Source: Octopus vulgaris (lineage: Eukaryota). Taken from it: a stretch of DNA of 64,000 nt. Under the pieces are notes generated by a model. That model saw only the letters and a program-made list of their open reading frames with translations. It was not told the DNA's origin and made no database searches. Positions 39,346 to 56,945 of the stretch are shown here, in pieces (within the stretch, counting starts at the first letter, position 1; each line of letters begins with the position of its first letter). The stretch is taken from positions 65,348,001-65,412,000 of the forward strand of contig OX597833.1 of assembly GCA_951406725.2 (NCBI GenBank), given 5' to 3'. Made by a program: the position numbers and the translations under genes.

Positions 39346-39395
39346 ATATACTAAATATATATATATATATCTATATATATATATCATATATATAG

Positions 39396-40850
<1,455 letters not shown>

Positions 40851-41056
40851 TATACATCTGAAAGTCTTTGTGAAAATTTACTTAACACAGTTTTCAAGTA
40901 TAAAATGGATTTTTAAAAGAAAATATTTTTTGTGAAGAAAGCTATAAAATCTTTTATCAGGATGTCACAAAACTTTTTTGGAATAAGTGTTTCTCTTAGT
41001 GTATGAGCACTTTCGACCAACCTTTTCAAACACACGAGCTATTATTTAATATATAC

Positions 41057-41113
<57 letters not shown>

Positions 41114-41531
41114 GTGTCTGTATATAAGATTTTTATATATAAATATATGCAAAATAATAAGAATGCTAGACGCAATATAAATGAAACAGGAAGACTTCAA
41201 TTGTCACTAATAGAGATAGAGGGTGCATAGTAGCCACCACTTTGCTAGAAATAGGAGTCAAAGACCCTTATAGCCACAAGCATAGACCAATTGTATGTTC
41301 TGATAAGGGAGTTAACCACTCCATATACATATATATGCACACTAATTTTTATATAACTATACACACACACACACATATATTTATATATAGTAGTAACAGA
41401 AAAGAGGAATTTCGTTTATCCCCACGTGGTTAGTTGTAACGTATATAAGAAATTAAAAGAGGAACATACGCACACATAGTTTTAATATAATTTTTAATAT
41501 ATCGACCGGTTTCGCTATCGCTTTTCATGAC

Positions 41532-41603
<72 letters not shown>

Positions 41604-41715
41604 TGTTGTGTCTTGGGTGAGTTGTTACGGCAATACTAAAAGCACAAGTACTGCTTTACTATAACTTCTCAAGGCTTACATCGGGTCTCATTTTTATGAG
41701 GTTCAAATTTGACCT

Positions 41716-41748
<33 letters not shown>

Positions 41749-42003
41749 TGCATTTCAAGGATGAGATCACGAATAGCGACGAAAGGACGTTGACAATGAT
41801 ACAAGCGATTGATTGTCTAACCAACACATTAAACAAACGATCGATTAGTCTGTTGAAGTGATATGCAACCATTGTGTGTATGTGTGTGTGCCTGTGTATG
41901 TGTATCTGTGTGTGTCTGTGCGTGTGTTTTAAATATTGGTGTCGTAACCCTCCCAAGAGACGAAAAGATATGTTCCAACACATGGAAACGAAGTAAAAGA
42001 ACG

Positions 42004-42038
<35 letters not shown>

Positions 42039-42057
42039 TAAAGAGATAGATATATAG

Positions 42058-42106
<49 letters not shown>

Positions 42107-42124
42107 CGCATATAAACATATAAA

Positions 42125-42175
<51 letters not shown>

Positions 42176-42231
42176 CTATATCTATCTGTGTGTATAAATA
42201 TATATATATATAATCACACACATATATATAC

Positions 42232-42306
<75 letters not shown>

Positions 42307-42936
42307 CACATATGAGCTTACGTACATGTGCACGTGTAAGCCTTTGTGTATCTGAATGTGTACATATACAGCAATAACTAACATACAAAGATATACCTGA
42401 CGCCTCAACCAAAATCTTATTAGAAATGTTCAGCGTTTGAAGCCATCTTTAAGACGACGAGAGCGAAAATGGGGGAAGTGAATAATGGAATCAAAAACTG
42501 AGATTTCTGTGACATCAATGGAATTACTAGCAGATGTATTACTTAGAATTTTTTACAGGAAAGTACTTTACCAAATAGTTTCACCTACTTCGTAAAATTT
42601 ACATTAAGCTATACTTGTTTACGTTTATTTTTTTGAATATTTAGATGTCGTTATTTAGTCTGTTTAATCTTCATTGTGACTTTCTGTTCGGCTGTCTTAA
42701 AAGCTCTCGCTCTCCTACTCTCTCTCTCTCTCTCTCAGTCTTCCTCTCTCTCTCGCTCTCTGTTCCTCTTATGTACGCTGTGCTCTTTCGTGTGTATATG
42801 TATATGGGTATGTATATGTCTATATATATATATATATATATACATACATATATATGCATGTATGTACACTACATATATATATGCATGTATGTACACTACA
42901 TATATATATGTATATATATATAAATATATATATATA

Positions 42937-43315
42937 GGCGTAGGAGTGGCTCAGGGGTAAGTAGCTTGCTTACAAACCACATGGTTCCGGGTTCAGTCCC
43001 ACTGCGTGGCATCTTTGGCGAGTGTCTTCTACTAGAGCCTCGAGCCAACCGAAACCTTGTGAGTGGATTTGGTAGACGGAAACTGAAAGAAGCCCGTCGT
43101 ATATATGTATATATATACATGTAGGTGTGTGTATGTGTTTCTGCGTCTGTGTTTGACCCCCCAACATGACTTGACAATCGATGCTGGTGTGTTTACGTCC
43201 CCGTAACTTAGCAGTTCGGCAAAAGAGGCTGATAGAATAAGTCCTGGGGTCATTTTCTCGATTAAAGCTGGTGCTCCAACATGGCTACAGTCAACTGACT
43301 GAAAAATGTAAAAGA
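42937..43315 (+). mobile_element. SINE-B, full length
   Basis: Family homology. Confidence 0.9.
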
Positions 43316-44672
43316 ATATATATTTTTTTCTTCTTTATTATTCATAACAAAGGAATATTTAAATTCTACTCTGATTCCTTCGCTGATAAATTTCCTTCAA
43401 AATAGCACATGTCTTCTATCCTAAAGTTACACTCAGTTTCCTGGATATTATTGCAATTGACTTTCTGAGAAATAACCATTACGTTTTTTTTTTTTTATGA
43501 TTTTAACAAGTATCACTGACGGTGATGTTATTTTCGTTAAACACTTTGCCAGAAATACAACTAGTTTTGAAGTGATTAATAATTGGATCTCTTAAATTTC
43601 CACCTGTATTTTATTTCACATTTTTCTTTAAGGGTCATCTTATCTTATTACTACCTGTTGTTTTATGCGATTTTAAAGTTAGCTGAAAGGCATGTGAAAC
43701 CAAATGGTTATCTTCTTCTCCTTGTTGCTATTTCTGCAAGAACTTCATCTTTACATTTAGGTTTTGTATTCTTTGTTTTTTTTGGTATTCACCTAGCAGG
43801 TATACAATGTGTTTCCTTACCTGAAGATATATGAGATATACTTGTAGTTATTTTGGAAAAGATACACATACAACCGCATACGTACATATACATATATGTG
43901 TCTGTGTGGATAAGAGAGTGAGAGTGTATATATGTATATATATATATATATATATCGGTACACATGTACTCACACAAACGCTCACGTATATGTATACAGA
44001 GAGGGCAGAAACAGGAGACAGAGAGATAGCTGGCCGGTAAGCAAAGAAAAACTACATGGAAACAGATAGGAAATCAAATAGATGAATATATAGACTGGTA
44101 AAAAGTAAAATAGGGACAAATACATAGATATACTTGCATATCGTATAAATGCGTGTGTGTGTGAGTATGTGTGAGTGTGTACGTGCATGTATCTACACAT
44201 TGTACATATATACATACACATATTTAAATACGTACAATATATATTCTATATATATATATGTATGTATGTATGTATATATATATGTGTGTGTATATATATA
44301 TATTATATGTATATATATATATATATACCGAGTAAACACATATGTGAACAAGGTAAAAGAGTACTAAATACCAGTGGTAGAGTATATATTATTTTAAGTA
44401 TATATATATATATATAACTCTATATTTTCTGTATTAGAGGTATAAGGGCATTATTACACATAAATGCCTCACACTAAGAGGGACAAAGTCATTACTACCA
44501 AAATTATACTAATATGTATATATATATAATTTATATATATATAATATAAATTAATATGTTCAAAAGAAAAAATTATTTTCGAATTTTTTCTCTTATGAGG
44601 TTTTTCACGCTATCTACCTGATAATTTCTTGTTAAGATTCCTTATTAAGAAGTTATCCTTAATTGTTAAATA

Positions 44673-44772
<100 letters not shown>

Positions 44773-44869
44773 CTTGGAAGTGGATTACACAAATATCACG
44801 TTACAATTTTACAATTCAACATGGGTGTCCAAAAGATGTGTATTCTTTCGCTTGAACCCACATCGTGGG

Positions 44870-45607
44870 GACGATCAATAGGGATTGTGTATCACAGAAA
44901 AGGGAAAACAGATTAGGTTTGTCCGTGTTTCCAAAACCCTACGAAAAGACCACGGGAACCTTGAGCAATAGTGTCATGCGAAAAGAAAACACAGTACAGT
45001 AAGTGGCTCCCTTTTATTCCTTCCTTTGTTTTTTGGGGGGTTTTTTTTGGGGTTTCTTTTGTTTTTTCTTTCATAGGATTATGCTCAAGCTGGGTCCGTC
45101 ATTCAAACGTGCCATCCTTGCTACATTCACCCATCTTTTTTTTTAAACATTCTCAAGACAAATCTTCCCTCTCTGCTCTCATCTTCTTCTTCAAGTGATA
45201 CTTGAAGAATTTGAGAGAATGACCAGAGAGGAAAGTGTTTGTCTCTAATCCTTTCAGGCGCGTCCTCCATACACATTCTTTCACCATAACCACAAGTACG
45301 AGGAAAATGGCCTTTCCTTCCCGTTTGAAGGAAGGAGGCGCGATAATATTCATGATAGACTCGGTTGATAAATCGACTCGGTCCACACGCGATAGCAGTT
45401 GTTCGACATGGGCCCAAAGGTCGGAAATGGCTAGACAATGTACGAGTGCGTGTTGGACGGTTTCATCGCTCTGACCGCATCCCAGACAGGTCGGCCCCGT
45501 GTTTCTCGAGGCATGCCTGTAGAGCTTCTCCCGAACGGGTAGCGCTTCTCGATAGCACTGCCAGGCCAAGGATCTCTGCAAGTTGTCCATAGGCCCAAGC
45601 CCGAAAG
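44870..45607 (-). mobile_element. L1/Tx1-clade LINE 3' fragment (zf-RVT/CCHC domain plus 3' UTR)
   Basis: SLAWQCYREALPVREKL...TCLGCGQSDETVQHALVHC..SDLW, then KECVWRTR. The 5' truncation abuts (GATA)n. Confidence 0.9.
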
Positions 45608-45638
45608 CTAGAATAATTAGATAGATAGATTGGTAGAC

Positions 45639-45738
<100 letters not shown>

Positions 45739-46219
45739 TATATTTCTACGTTCCAATCTGCTGCTACTTTTAATTCTTGTTCGTTTATATAAGCATTTAA
45801 TTCATTATTCTTCTCTTCTTCCTTCTACGTAGTTACTATATCTTCTCCTCCTCCTCCCCCTCCTCTTGCTGTCACCCAATTTTTCTTTTCCTCATCTTTT
45901 TCATCTAATTCCTTCCCCATTTCACACAGCCATTACGCCCCCACACAACCTCAGTTTCTCGTTTTTCGATACGGACAGAAATCAATAGCATTCATCAACA
46001 AGCTTTATTGTAAGCCAAAACAACTCAGACCAGCTTTGAGGAAGCCCGCGCATAAGCCTATTATACAGGACTGCCGACATTTCAAGATGGTGTATTCGCT
46101 GGTGAAACAGTGTAAATATTTCATTGTTATATGGCAAAAATGTAAAGTGCTTGCTGAGCTGTTGATGATGTGCATTGCATGAATTTAAGTGATTGTTTGA
46201 GTAAAAGACACACTCAGAA

Positions 46220-46256
<37 letters not shown>

Positions 46257-46756
46257 TATATATATATATATACATAAAGATAGAGAGAGAGATAGAAAGG
46301 GATGTATTGGAATTAACATGTGGATGATAGCCTGGTATACTGATAAACATATATACGTGTTTGTGGAAATGTATGAATATATACAGATATATATATATAT
46401 ATATATATTTGTATGCGTGTGTGTATTTATACATATAATATATATATGTATATACATACATGTATATGTATATATAATACATATATATAATATATATACA
46501 TATACATGTATATATAAGATATACATATATACATATGTATGCATGTATACATGGAAATGCATGTATACATGTTTGTGTATATGTGTGATTTTGTGCGTAT
46601 GTATATATAATAGAAATATATATGCTTATATATATATATATATATTTATGCGTGTGTGTGAGTGTGTGTGTGCGCGCACATGTGCTTGTGTATATGTGAC
46701 CGCCCATTAGTGCATTTATATAATGAGTACCACTAACTACAAAAAGACAAACCGGC

Positions 46757-46823
<67 letters not shown>

Positions 46824-46846
46824 TGGATAGATAGATAGATAGATAG

Positions 46847-47044
<198 letters not shown>

Positions 47045-47057
47045 GGATGGATGGATG

Positions 47058-47138
<81 letters not shown>

Positions 47139-47889
47139 GACAAGAATTGATCGATAATGTGGGTTAGTTTGTAAGTACAATAAATCTGATTTACTATTTC
47201 TCGCGAAAGAGTCTAACATAATATCGCAGTCGGTCACGAGTGATTAAATGGAAAGTCACAAATGCTTTATGTTCTTTATGTTTCGTACTGTGATCACGAA
47301 AATATACATAGGTTGTGCTTTTAAGGGAATGATATTAAGGTAAAACCGAAATCAATTTTAAACAGCCAAGAGTGATTTGGTGTATATCTAAACAGAAACG
47401 TCAAAGACCGCTTCCGACAACATGAATTTACGTTCAATCCCGCTGCGTAGCACAACCGGCAGACAACCTCTGATATAGTCCCGGGCTTATCAAAGCCTTG
47501 AGAGTAAATTTGATACAGGAATCATGAAAGAAAAGCATCTTGTATGTATGTATGTATGTATGTATGTATGTATGTATGTATGTATGTATGTATGTATGTA
47601 TTTATGTATGTATGTAGGTATGTATGTAAGTATGTATGTATGTATGTATGTATGTATGTATGTATGTATGTATGTATGTATGTATGTATAGTCGTCACTT
47701 AAGTTACTGAGGGTGCTAGAAATAAGTGTCAACAGGACTCTTAGCCATGTGAGAGCACTTTTTACGACTGACAAGGGAGACAATCTCCCCAAGAAATTGC
47801 TGATCTTCTAACGAAATTTAAAACAAATATTATTGCGTATGACTTTTACTTGTATGTCTCTCTTTCTTCACCTTTTCGTCTTTCTCATC

Positions 47890-47927
<38 letters not shown>

Positions 47928-47928
47928 A

Positions 47929-48139
47929 CGGGAAGCTTACGAAAATAAACAAAAGACGAAGGCAAGTGGAGTACAAACAAACAAACAAATGTATTAGTTT
48001 AGCGCTCAGGAATAGAAATAGAACAAGTCTTTTTCGTTTCGAGCCTACGCTCTTCAACAGAAACATACACAGAAAAGAAACATGGAGAGAAACAAGGAGA
48101 GAAAAAAATGCGTGCAGGAGCTAACGATTTAACATGGCG
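47929..48139 (-). mobile_element. Repeat family E
   Basis: Minus strand reads tttCTGTTGAagagcgtaggctcGAAAcgaaaaagac. Confidence 0.7.
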
Positions 48140-48780
48140 GAGTGGATAAGATCCGGGCCACATGTTTTGTGGCGAGCGGAAATTCGGGAGTGGTTAATAT
48201 CCAATTGAGGTGTTTAACACAGGCTACTCTTCAAGCTAAGGTTATCTTCATTAGATTAAAGTGTATATTGTCGCAATGTGGTACATGGTAACACATGGAA
48301 GATTCGATCAGAATGTGTAGAGAGCGAGCATAGTGGGAGTGAATGATATAAATGTGGAGAGAAATTAGGATTAAAAGAAAGGGAAAGAAAACAGAAACAT
48401 AAAGGAGCGAGAAGAAAGAGGAATTTTAATGCAGTTATTCGACGGGTAGTATTCAATAGGGCTATTTTTGCCGAATCACAGAAATAAGCAAAGGGAGTGG
48501 TATTTGAAAAACGGATACTATGGAGGGCAGAGAGTGAGGAAATATTTTTTGGGAGAAAGCAAGATAGATTGGGAAAGGCTCGTGGCGTATATATTGCCCA
48601 CGAGGACGGGACACCTGTCCCTTACAGGATTACCTAGTTTTGCCTGTTGGGTGGATGTTTGACCCAAGAACGCAACGCATCGCCCGGTCCAGGAATCGAA
48701 ACCACACTCTTACGACCATAAGTCCTAAAAGGTAACCCCTAAGACACATACATACAAAAACACACACACACATAAAATGA

Positions 48781-49013
48781 CGATCTTATCAAGTGGCCAG
48801 CATGGAAAAAATAACCTCCAAACGTAACAATTATGAAAATTATAAATTAAAGGTATCTACGAGATACCACCATGCTGAAAATAGCAGCCATGATTCGACT
48901 CTAAAACCACCTTAAGTGTTCATATAGCAACATATATGCTATATGAACACTTAAGGTGGTTTTAGAGTCGAATCATGGCTGCTATTTTCAGCATGGTGGT
49001 ATCTCGTAGATAC
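48781..49013. repeat. Family G copy ending in a perfect 77-bp-arm palindrome (48853-48929 / 48937-49013)
   Basis: Arms read as exact reverse complements, with a 7-nt loop. Confidence 0.9.
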
Positions 49014-49026
49014 ACTAATTCATAAT

Positions 49027-49065
<39 letters not shown>

Positions 49066-49694
49066 AAAATTTAATTTTTTGGCGATTTAATAAGAGTTTG
49101 ACTGTTATTTCAAGCAGGTTGACGTCCCTAGTCTGTCCTTTGATTAATTTTAATATATATATATATATATATATATACAAAGAGAGAGAGAGAGGGAGAG
49201 AGAGAGAGAAGGAGAGAGAGAAGGAGAGAGAGAGAGAGACAGACAGAAAGACAGACAGAAAGACGGGCTGACAGACAGACAGACAAATAGACAGAGTTAC
49301 ATGCATACGTATGTGTGTGTATCTATGTATTCACAGTGGGAACCACCTGTTATGCTTGCATGTATTTGTGTGGTTTGGGGCGGAGTTGGGGGGGGTCGGG
49401 GGTGGGTGGGTGCGAATAAATATGCAAGTAAATGAGCAGAACATTTATCTTAATCTCTTGTAATATTGAAACCGATAACGGTCGTACCTCGATTTAGTAA
49501 AGTCTGAATTGATAATTAAGTTGAAATTACCAAGGACATCTTCTACAATGCGCACTGACCCATGAGAAATAGTATGCACAATGACAGATATGAATATACA
49601 CACATACATGTGAATGTGTTTATATATATACACACACACACATATATATATATGTATTTATATATACTCATATATATATGTATGTATATGTATA

Positions 49695-49762
<68 letters not shown>

Positions 49763-49774
49763 CTGTAATGTGTT

Positions 49775-49810
<36 letters not shown>

Positions 49811-49858
49811 CATATCTGTGAATGTGTTATATATATATATACATATATATATGTGTGT

Positions 49859-49890
<32 letters not shown>

Positions 49891-49999
49891 GTATGTATAT
49901 GTACACTTTATATATATATATACATATATATATGTGTGTATACATACATACATATATATATATATATGTATATATATATGTATACATCTACACACACAG

Positions 50000-50104
<105 letters not shown>

Positions 50105-50243
50105 CAATTATGTGAGTGTTTGTTCACAAACACATACATATACATATATGTATACAGAAATAAATTTGTACGTATAACGCCTACTCCCAGATATATATAT
50201 ATATATACACACACACACAAGCACACACACACATATATGCATA

Positions 50244-50276
<33 letters not shown>

Positions 50277-50953
50277 GTGTGTATACATATAAGTATTTAT
50301 ATAAATATATTTATATACATACACACGCTTATGTACATATAAACATACACGCACATACATGCATTAACACACGCACACATGCAGACATACATACATACTT
50401 ACATACACACATACATACATACATACATACATACACACACATATATATACATACACACACATGCACAGATACGCACATACACACACATACACGCAGACAT
50501 AGTAATAAGGTGGTACAAGAGCGGTGGGGGGGGATGCTTGAGCGCTTCGACATTGGTGCTGTGCTATTAACATTTGGCTCTGCAAATATTGATCAATTAA
50601 TGAATATAAATGAGTGTAGTTTGTCAACATCATTGGCCATTGTCTCTTGAGATCGAACATGTCCGTAATGTATTCGTGTGGAGCCTGCCGAAGGAATCTC
50701 TCCAATGCTAGCTAAACGCCACGCCGTGTGTGCGCGTGTGTTTGCATGTGTATGTTTGCGTTCATTTATGTAAGTTTAAATATGGGTGCGTGTATGTGTG
50801 CGTGCGTGTGTACATCTAAATTTATGCATGCATGCATATATATATATATATATATTCGTGTATATATATACTAATATACGAATATATTTATATAGAGAGA
50901 CGAACAAATAGACTGATAGATACATAAACAGACAGACAGATACATAGACAGAA

Positions 50954-51586
<633 letters not shown>

Positions 51587-51606
51587 AGATAGATAAATAG
51601 ATAGAC

Positions 51607-51699
<93 letters not shown>

Positions 51700-52255
51700 T
51701 GGTATATTATTGTACAGTTATACATATATGTGTGTGTATGTATGTGTGTGTAGATACATAGATAAAGGGCGAAGTTTGGAAGAGACTTTTAAGTTGTAGC
51801 CTGCTAGCCATTATAACTAACTTTTTCATCAGGTATGTTTAGATTTTTTTTTCTATTATCCACTTTCTCTTTCCACCCCCTCTCAATTCCTTTCTCCCCT
51901 CTATCAGTAAAGGATTTCAGTTGAAACTTCAGATTCGATTCTGTTTCTTTCTTATGCAAAGTGATTTTCATCGTACACTTCTTTGATTGTTAGTTTCTCG
52001 CTCTATATTTCTACGCTTTTCTTAAGGCACGTAATTTCATGTCTGACTCCGCATAGTCATTTTGATTCAGGTTCACTCTTTGCTTTAAACTTTGCTTCTT
52101 TTGTTTATGTGACTTTTAGCTACTATTTTAGGTCAAAACATACGCAGGCATACATTTATACATACGCTTATAGATAGATATATACATACATACAAATTCA
52201 AATATGTTTACGTATATGCGCGTATATCTATGCATATATACACATACATACATAT

Positions 52256-52337
<82 letters not shown>

Positions 52338-53166
52338 GAATCAACGTAAACACAAACTATTATCTGTATGAATGGGTGTATACAGGAGTATGTGTTTGTA
52401 TATAGGTACGTCTCTGTTATGTCTGTTCTCATAGATAAACGATAACCTGTGTCAAACACTCTGAATAGTCGGGTATATTTTTTCCAATAATATTTATAAT
52501 AGCATTAATTTTCCTTTACATACAATCTCAGATTATAAATGTTTATTTATAATCTGAAGGTATCGGGTTTTCAAGTGCGAAAAAATCAATATATAATTTT
52601 AAAGTGTTTATTAATAATAATGCAAATATATTTTCTATTGAAATCTTCCGCAGTTTATAAGAGATTGTAATTCCAGCGAGTTAATAGCATGTGGATCTGG
52701 TAATAGTTTTTATTGTTAATATATAGCAGTAAGTCGCCTCTTATTGAAGAGATCTTTAATCAAATTCTTTCTATCTACTTTCATTCTTTGTGAATATTCC
52801 AGATTTTTGTGCTTTCTCCTTTCCTTCTTTGAGATCTGAAGCTATTATTTAAACGAGTTTTATTTAAACGGATTCTTGGTTGCTATATCCAGCAGGTGAA
52901 GTTTCCACTCATACGCTCCCTCGTTCGTTTCCAACGAGCAACTAAAATATTAAGTGAACACGAATAGGTAGGTACATGGATTGGTGATTAGTATATTGGA
53001 CTCATAATCGTAGAATCGTGGTTTCGAATTCTGGACCCGGCAAAACAAATCATTTCCAGTGGCTACAGTTCACGTGGATGACAGACATGAGTAATTCTCC
53101 GAGGGGGCATTTTCGCCAGAGAATTCGGATAACAGGTTCTGTCAGTCGATATGTCTCTGGAAGGTG

Positions 53167-53712
53167 GGCGGCGAGCTGGCAGAATCATTAACACGCCGGG
53201 CGAAATGCCTAGCGGTATTTCGTTTGTCTTTATGTTCTGAGTTAAAATTCCGCCGAGGTCAACTTTGCCTTTCATCCTTTCGGGATCTATAAATTAAGTA
53301 CCAGTTGCATACTGGGCCAATCTAATCGACTGGCCTCCTCCACAAAAATTTCAGGCCTTGTGCCTAGAGTACAAAAGAATATTTTATTTGGAACTTTACA
53401 TTCTGAGTAAAAATTCTGATGAGGTGGACATTGCTTTTCATCCTTTCAGGGTCGAAAAATTAAGTACCAGTTGCATACTGGAGTCAATCTAATCGACTAG
53501 CTTCCTACCCCAAAATTTCAGGCCCAGTGCCTAGAATACAAAAGAATATTTTATTTGGAACTTTACGTTCTGACTTCAAATTCTGCCAAGGTCAACTTTG
53601 CCTTTCAACATATCGGGGTCGAAAAATTAAGTACCAGTTGCGTATTGGGATCGGTGTAATCGACTGGCTCCCTTCCCAAAACATTTGGGCCTTGTGCCTA
53701 GAGTAGAAAAGG
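53167..53712 (+). mobile_element. SINE-A trimer of tail-2 units
   Basis: One head. Units are joined by aaaagaatattttatttggaac|tttac. Confidence 0.85.
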
Positions 53713-53979
53713 ACATGACTCTTAAAAAGAGCTTCATCCTTCTTTCTTTTTCATATATATTATATACATAGAGAAAGCCTTGAAGATTTGGAATTAATGA
53801 GTGCATCATTTTTAGTTTACTTGATATGCAACAAACAACAGCTCGGAGGGTTTTCCTTCAAAACAATCCGGTTCGTATTTGAAAACAGAGAAAAGAGTAG
53901 AAGCACTTCGGATACTGCAGGCCCAGATAAGTGGTATTATAATTCCTTGGTGAGGATGGAGTACCATTTTTAAAATATC

Positions 53980-54345
53980 TGTCTGCTTCCAATTCACATG
54001 GTCGTGGGTTCAGTCCCACTGTGTAGCATCTCGGACAAGTATCTTCTCTTAGAGCCTCGGGTCAACGAAAACTTGTGAGTGGATTTGATGAACAGAAACT
54101 GAAAGAAACTGCCGTGGTGTAGGTGTGTGGGTGTGGTGGCGGGTGTCTTTCCGTCTGTGTCTGCACACTACCACCGCTTGACAATCGGTGTTCGTGTGTT
54201 TACATCCCCGATACTAATTGGTTCGGCAAGGATAGGTACCAAAATTTAAAAAGAAATACGCCCTGAAGCCGATTCATTCTACTAATATTCTGCTAGTCGT
54301 TGCCCCAGCATGACTACATTCTAAAGAATGAAACAAGTAAACGAT
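53980..54345 (+). mobile_element. SINE-B, diverged
   Basis: Family homology. Confidence 0.8.
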
Positions 54346-54469
54346 AAAGACAAAAGAGATCAATGAGAAATGCTCAAACATTAACAGCAACAACAAGAAC
54401 AATCCAAATTCGTTGTGAATGTACACAACAGCGGCTCTAATCGTGCACTTGTTGAGTTGCCTTGTCATG

Positions 54470-54633
54470 GTAAATTTCAAGCTGCCAGACGAGATGGTGA
54501 AGATGCCGACGACCGCTTTGTTCAAAGCCTCCCTGGACCTCAAGTGGCCTGAACTCTTTACATGAACACCACCCTGTACTTAACTCCATGTCCCCCTACA
54601 TGGCCTTGCTATTTGCTTTTGAGCCAAATTAAT

Positions 54634-54666
<33 letters not shown>
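54470..54666 (+). mobile_element. CR1 LINE 3' tip with (CTAA)n tail
   Basis: KLPDEMVKMPTTALFKASLDLKWPELFT* matches the N.LP..VV......FK..LD..W terminus of CR1 ORF2. Confidence 0.75.
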
Positions 54667-54844
54667 TTCTTAGAAAATATATCAGTGACGGTTTTTTTTA
54701 TGTATATGTAAACTAATAGGTTTCTATATAGCAACCTCTCCAACAAAAAATTGAACGTTATCACCGCCATCTTTGTCATCATCATCATTTCCTTTCTCTC
54801 TTCCATGCTGACATGTCTTTCGACTATTCAACAGCTTTGAGCAT

Positions 54845-55122
54845 ATCTGGTTCGAGGTTACCGTGATCTTTTCCGTAGGCTTTTCTTTACATGGATGAAC
54901 CCTATCTGATTCCCCCTTTACACTTTACATCATGATATTTCTGTGGTACACGATACCTATTGATCGTTTTTTTTATTTTCTTTCCTTTTTTTTTCTTTCT
55001 CTTTTACGATCCCTTTTGAGCGGAAACCTTCCCCACATTTTTTCTTTTCTCCCCATATAGAAAAGATCTACTTTGTAATCTGCCCCGTCTGTGTGCAGCC
55101 CTGTGAGGCTAATAAAGAAACA
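54845..55122 (+). mobile_element. Tx1-like LINE 3' UTR, diverged, followed by degenerate (TCTA)n
   Basis: gtgcagccctgtgaggctaataaagaaacatatctatcta. Confidence 0.8.
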
Positions 55123-55317
55123 TATCTATCTATATCTCTCTATTTATCTATCTATCTATCTGTCTGTCTATCTATTTATCTATCTATCTATATGTTATTA
55201 TATATAAGTATAAATTTAAAATTTAATAAGGGTAGAAATTGATATTAATCAATTAAAACCAGTGGCCTAGCATATTAAAAAAATCCGAAGATTAAAATAT
55301 TTGTATGTATATATAAG

Positions 55318-55375
<58 letters not shown>

Positions 55376-55625
55376 TTCAGTAAAATTTAGATTCAGTTGA
55401 ATATGGTACTAAAGTTAAGGGCACCAGAATTAAGTATGGTATTATCCATATAACTCAGAATGGGGTGATTATTATCAAAGTAAGCAACAAAGATATCCAG
55501 ATGTAATTGATGTAATATTTGCATTGTTCAATTAAATAGAGTCGCATGAAACGATCGTACTGCATTCCCTCTGGATATCCTTGTTGCTTATTTTGATGTC
55601 TATATATATTAGATATATATTCACA

Positions 55626-55724
<99 letters not shown>

Positions 55725-55965
55725 ATATAATGGACATCCGTTTAACGGCGCCATTTGTTCAGTATAATTATGGAAGTATCACGTTACTAAAGAACTTTAA
55801 TGATTAATGGACCGATATGGTTCCAAAGTATACAATGAAAGATTTATAAGACTTATACCTATAAAAAATAATGTAGAAAAAAATTTGATGCGAAAAAAAT
55901 TACCATGAACGTAGTCTTGGACTGAACATAAAATATTTGAAACTTTAAAGAAAAAGATTACTTAT

Positions 55966-56116
<151 letters not shown>

Positions 56117-56304
56117 GATATGTGTGTGTGTGTGTGTGTGTGTGTATTTATGTATACACATATCTGTATATGTATATATATATATCTACATATACATTAT
56201 ATATATACATACATGCATGTATATATATATACATATAGAGAGAGAGTGAGAGAGAGACAAACAGATAGATAGAAAGATAGACAGACAGATACACAGACAG
56301 ATAC

Positions 56305-56371
<67 letters not shown>

Positions 56372-56598
56372 CATACATACATACATACATACATACATAC
56401 ATACATACATACATAGTTAGATAGATATGTATGCATATGCATATATATTTTTGAGACTGTTTTCTGTTTGTCTCTCTTTCTCCGTGTATGTATGTGTGTG
56501 TGCATGTATGTGTGTGTATATACACACAGACGCACATTTTGATAGATAAATAACAAGATTTAACACAAGTCATATGCGTGCGTTTACAAATATATATG

Positions 56599-56638
<40 letters not shown>

Positions 56639-56690
56639 CATACAAAAATATGTTTATGGATATATATGTATATATACCATACATATTGCG

Positions 56691-56822
<132 letters not shown>

Positions 56823-56901
56823 TGTATGTATAAGTAGCATGTATGTTAGTCACACGCACACACATGCACACAAACAAGCACATGTATATATATATATATA
56901 C

Positions 56902-56945
<44 letters not shown>

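Noticed and set aside
54630-54666. Telomere-like (CTAA)n
   Set aside because: It is a tetramer, not a TTAGG or TTAGGG repeat, and is the tail of the adjacent CR1 fragment.
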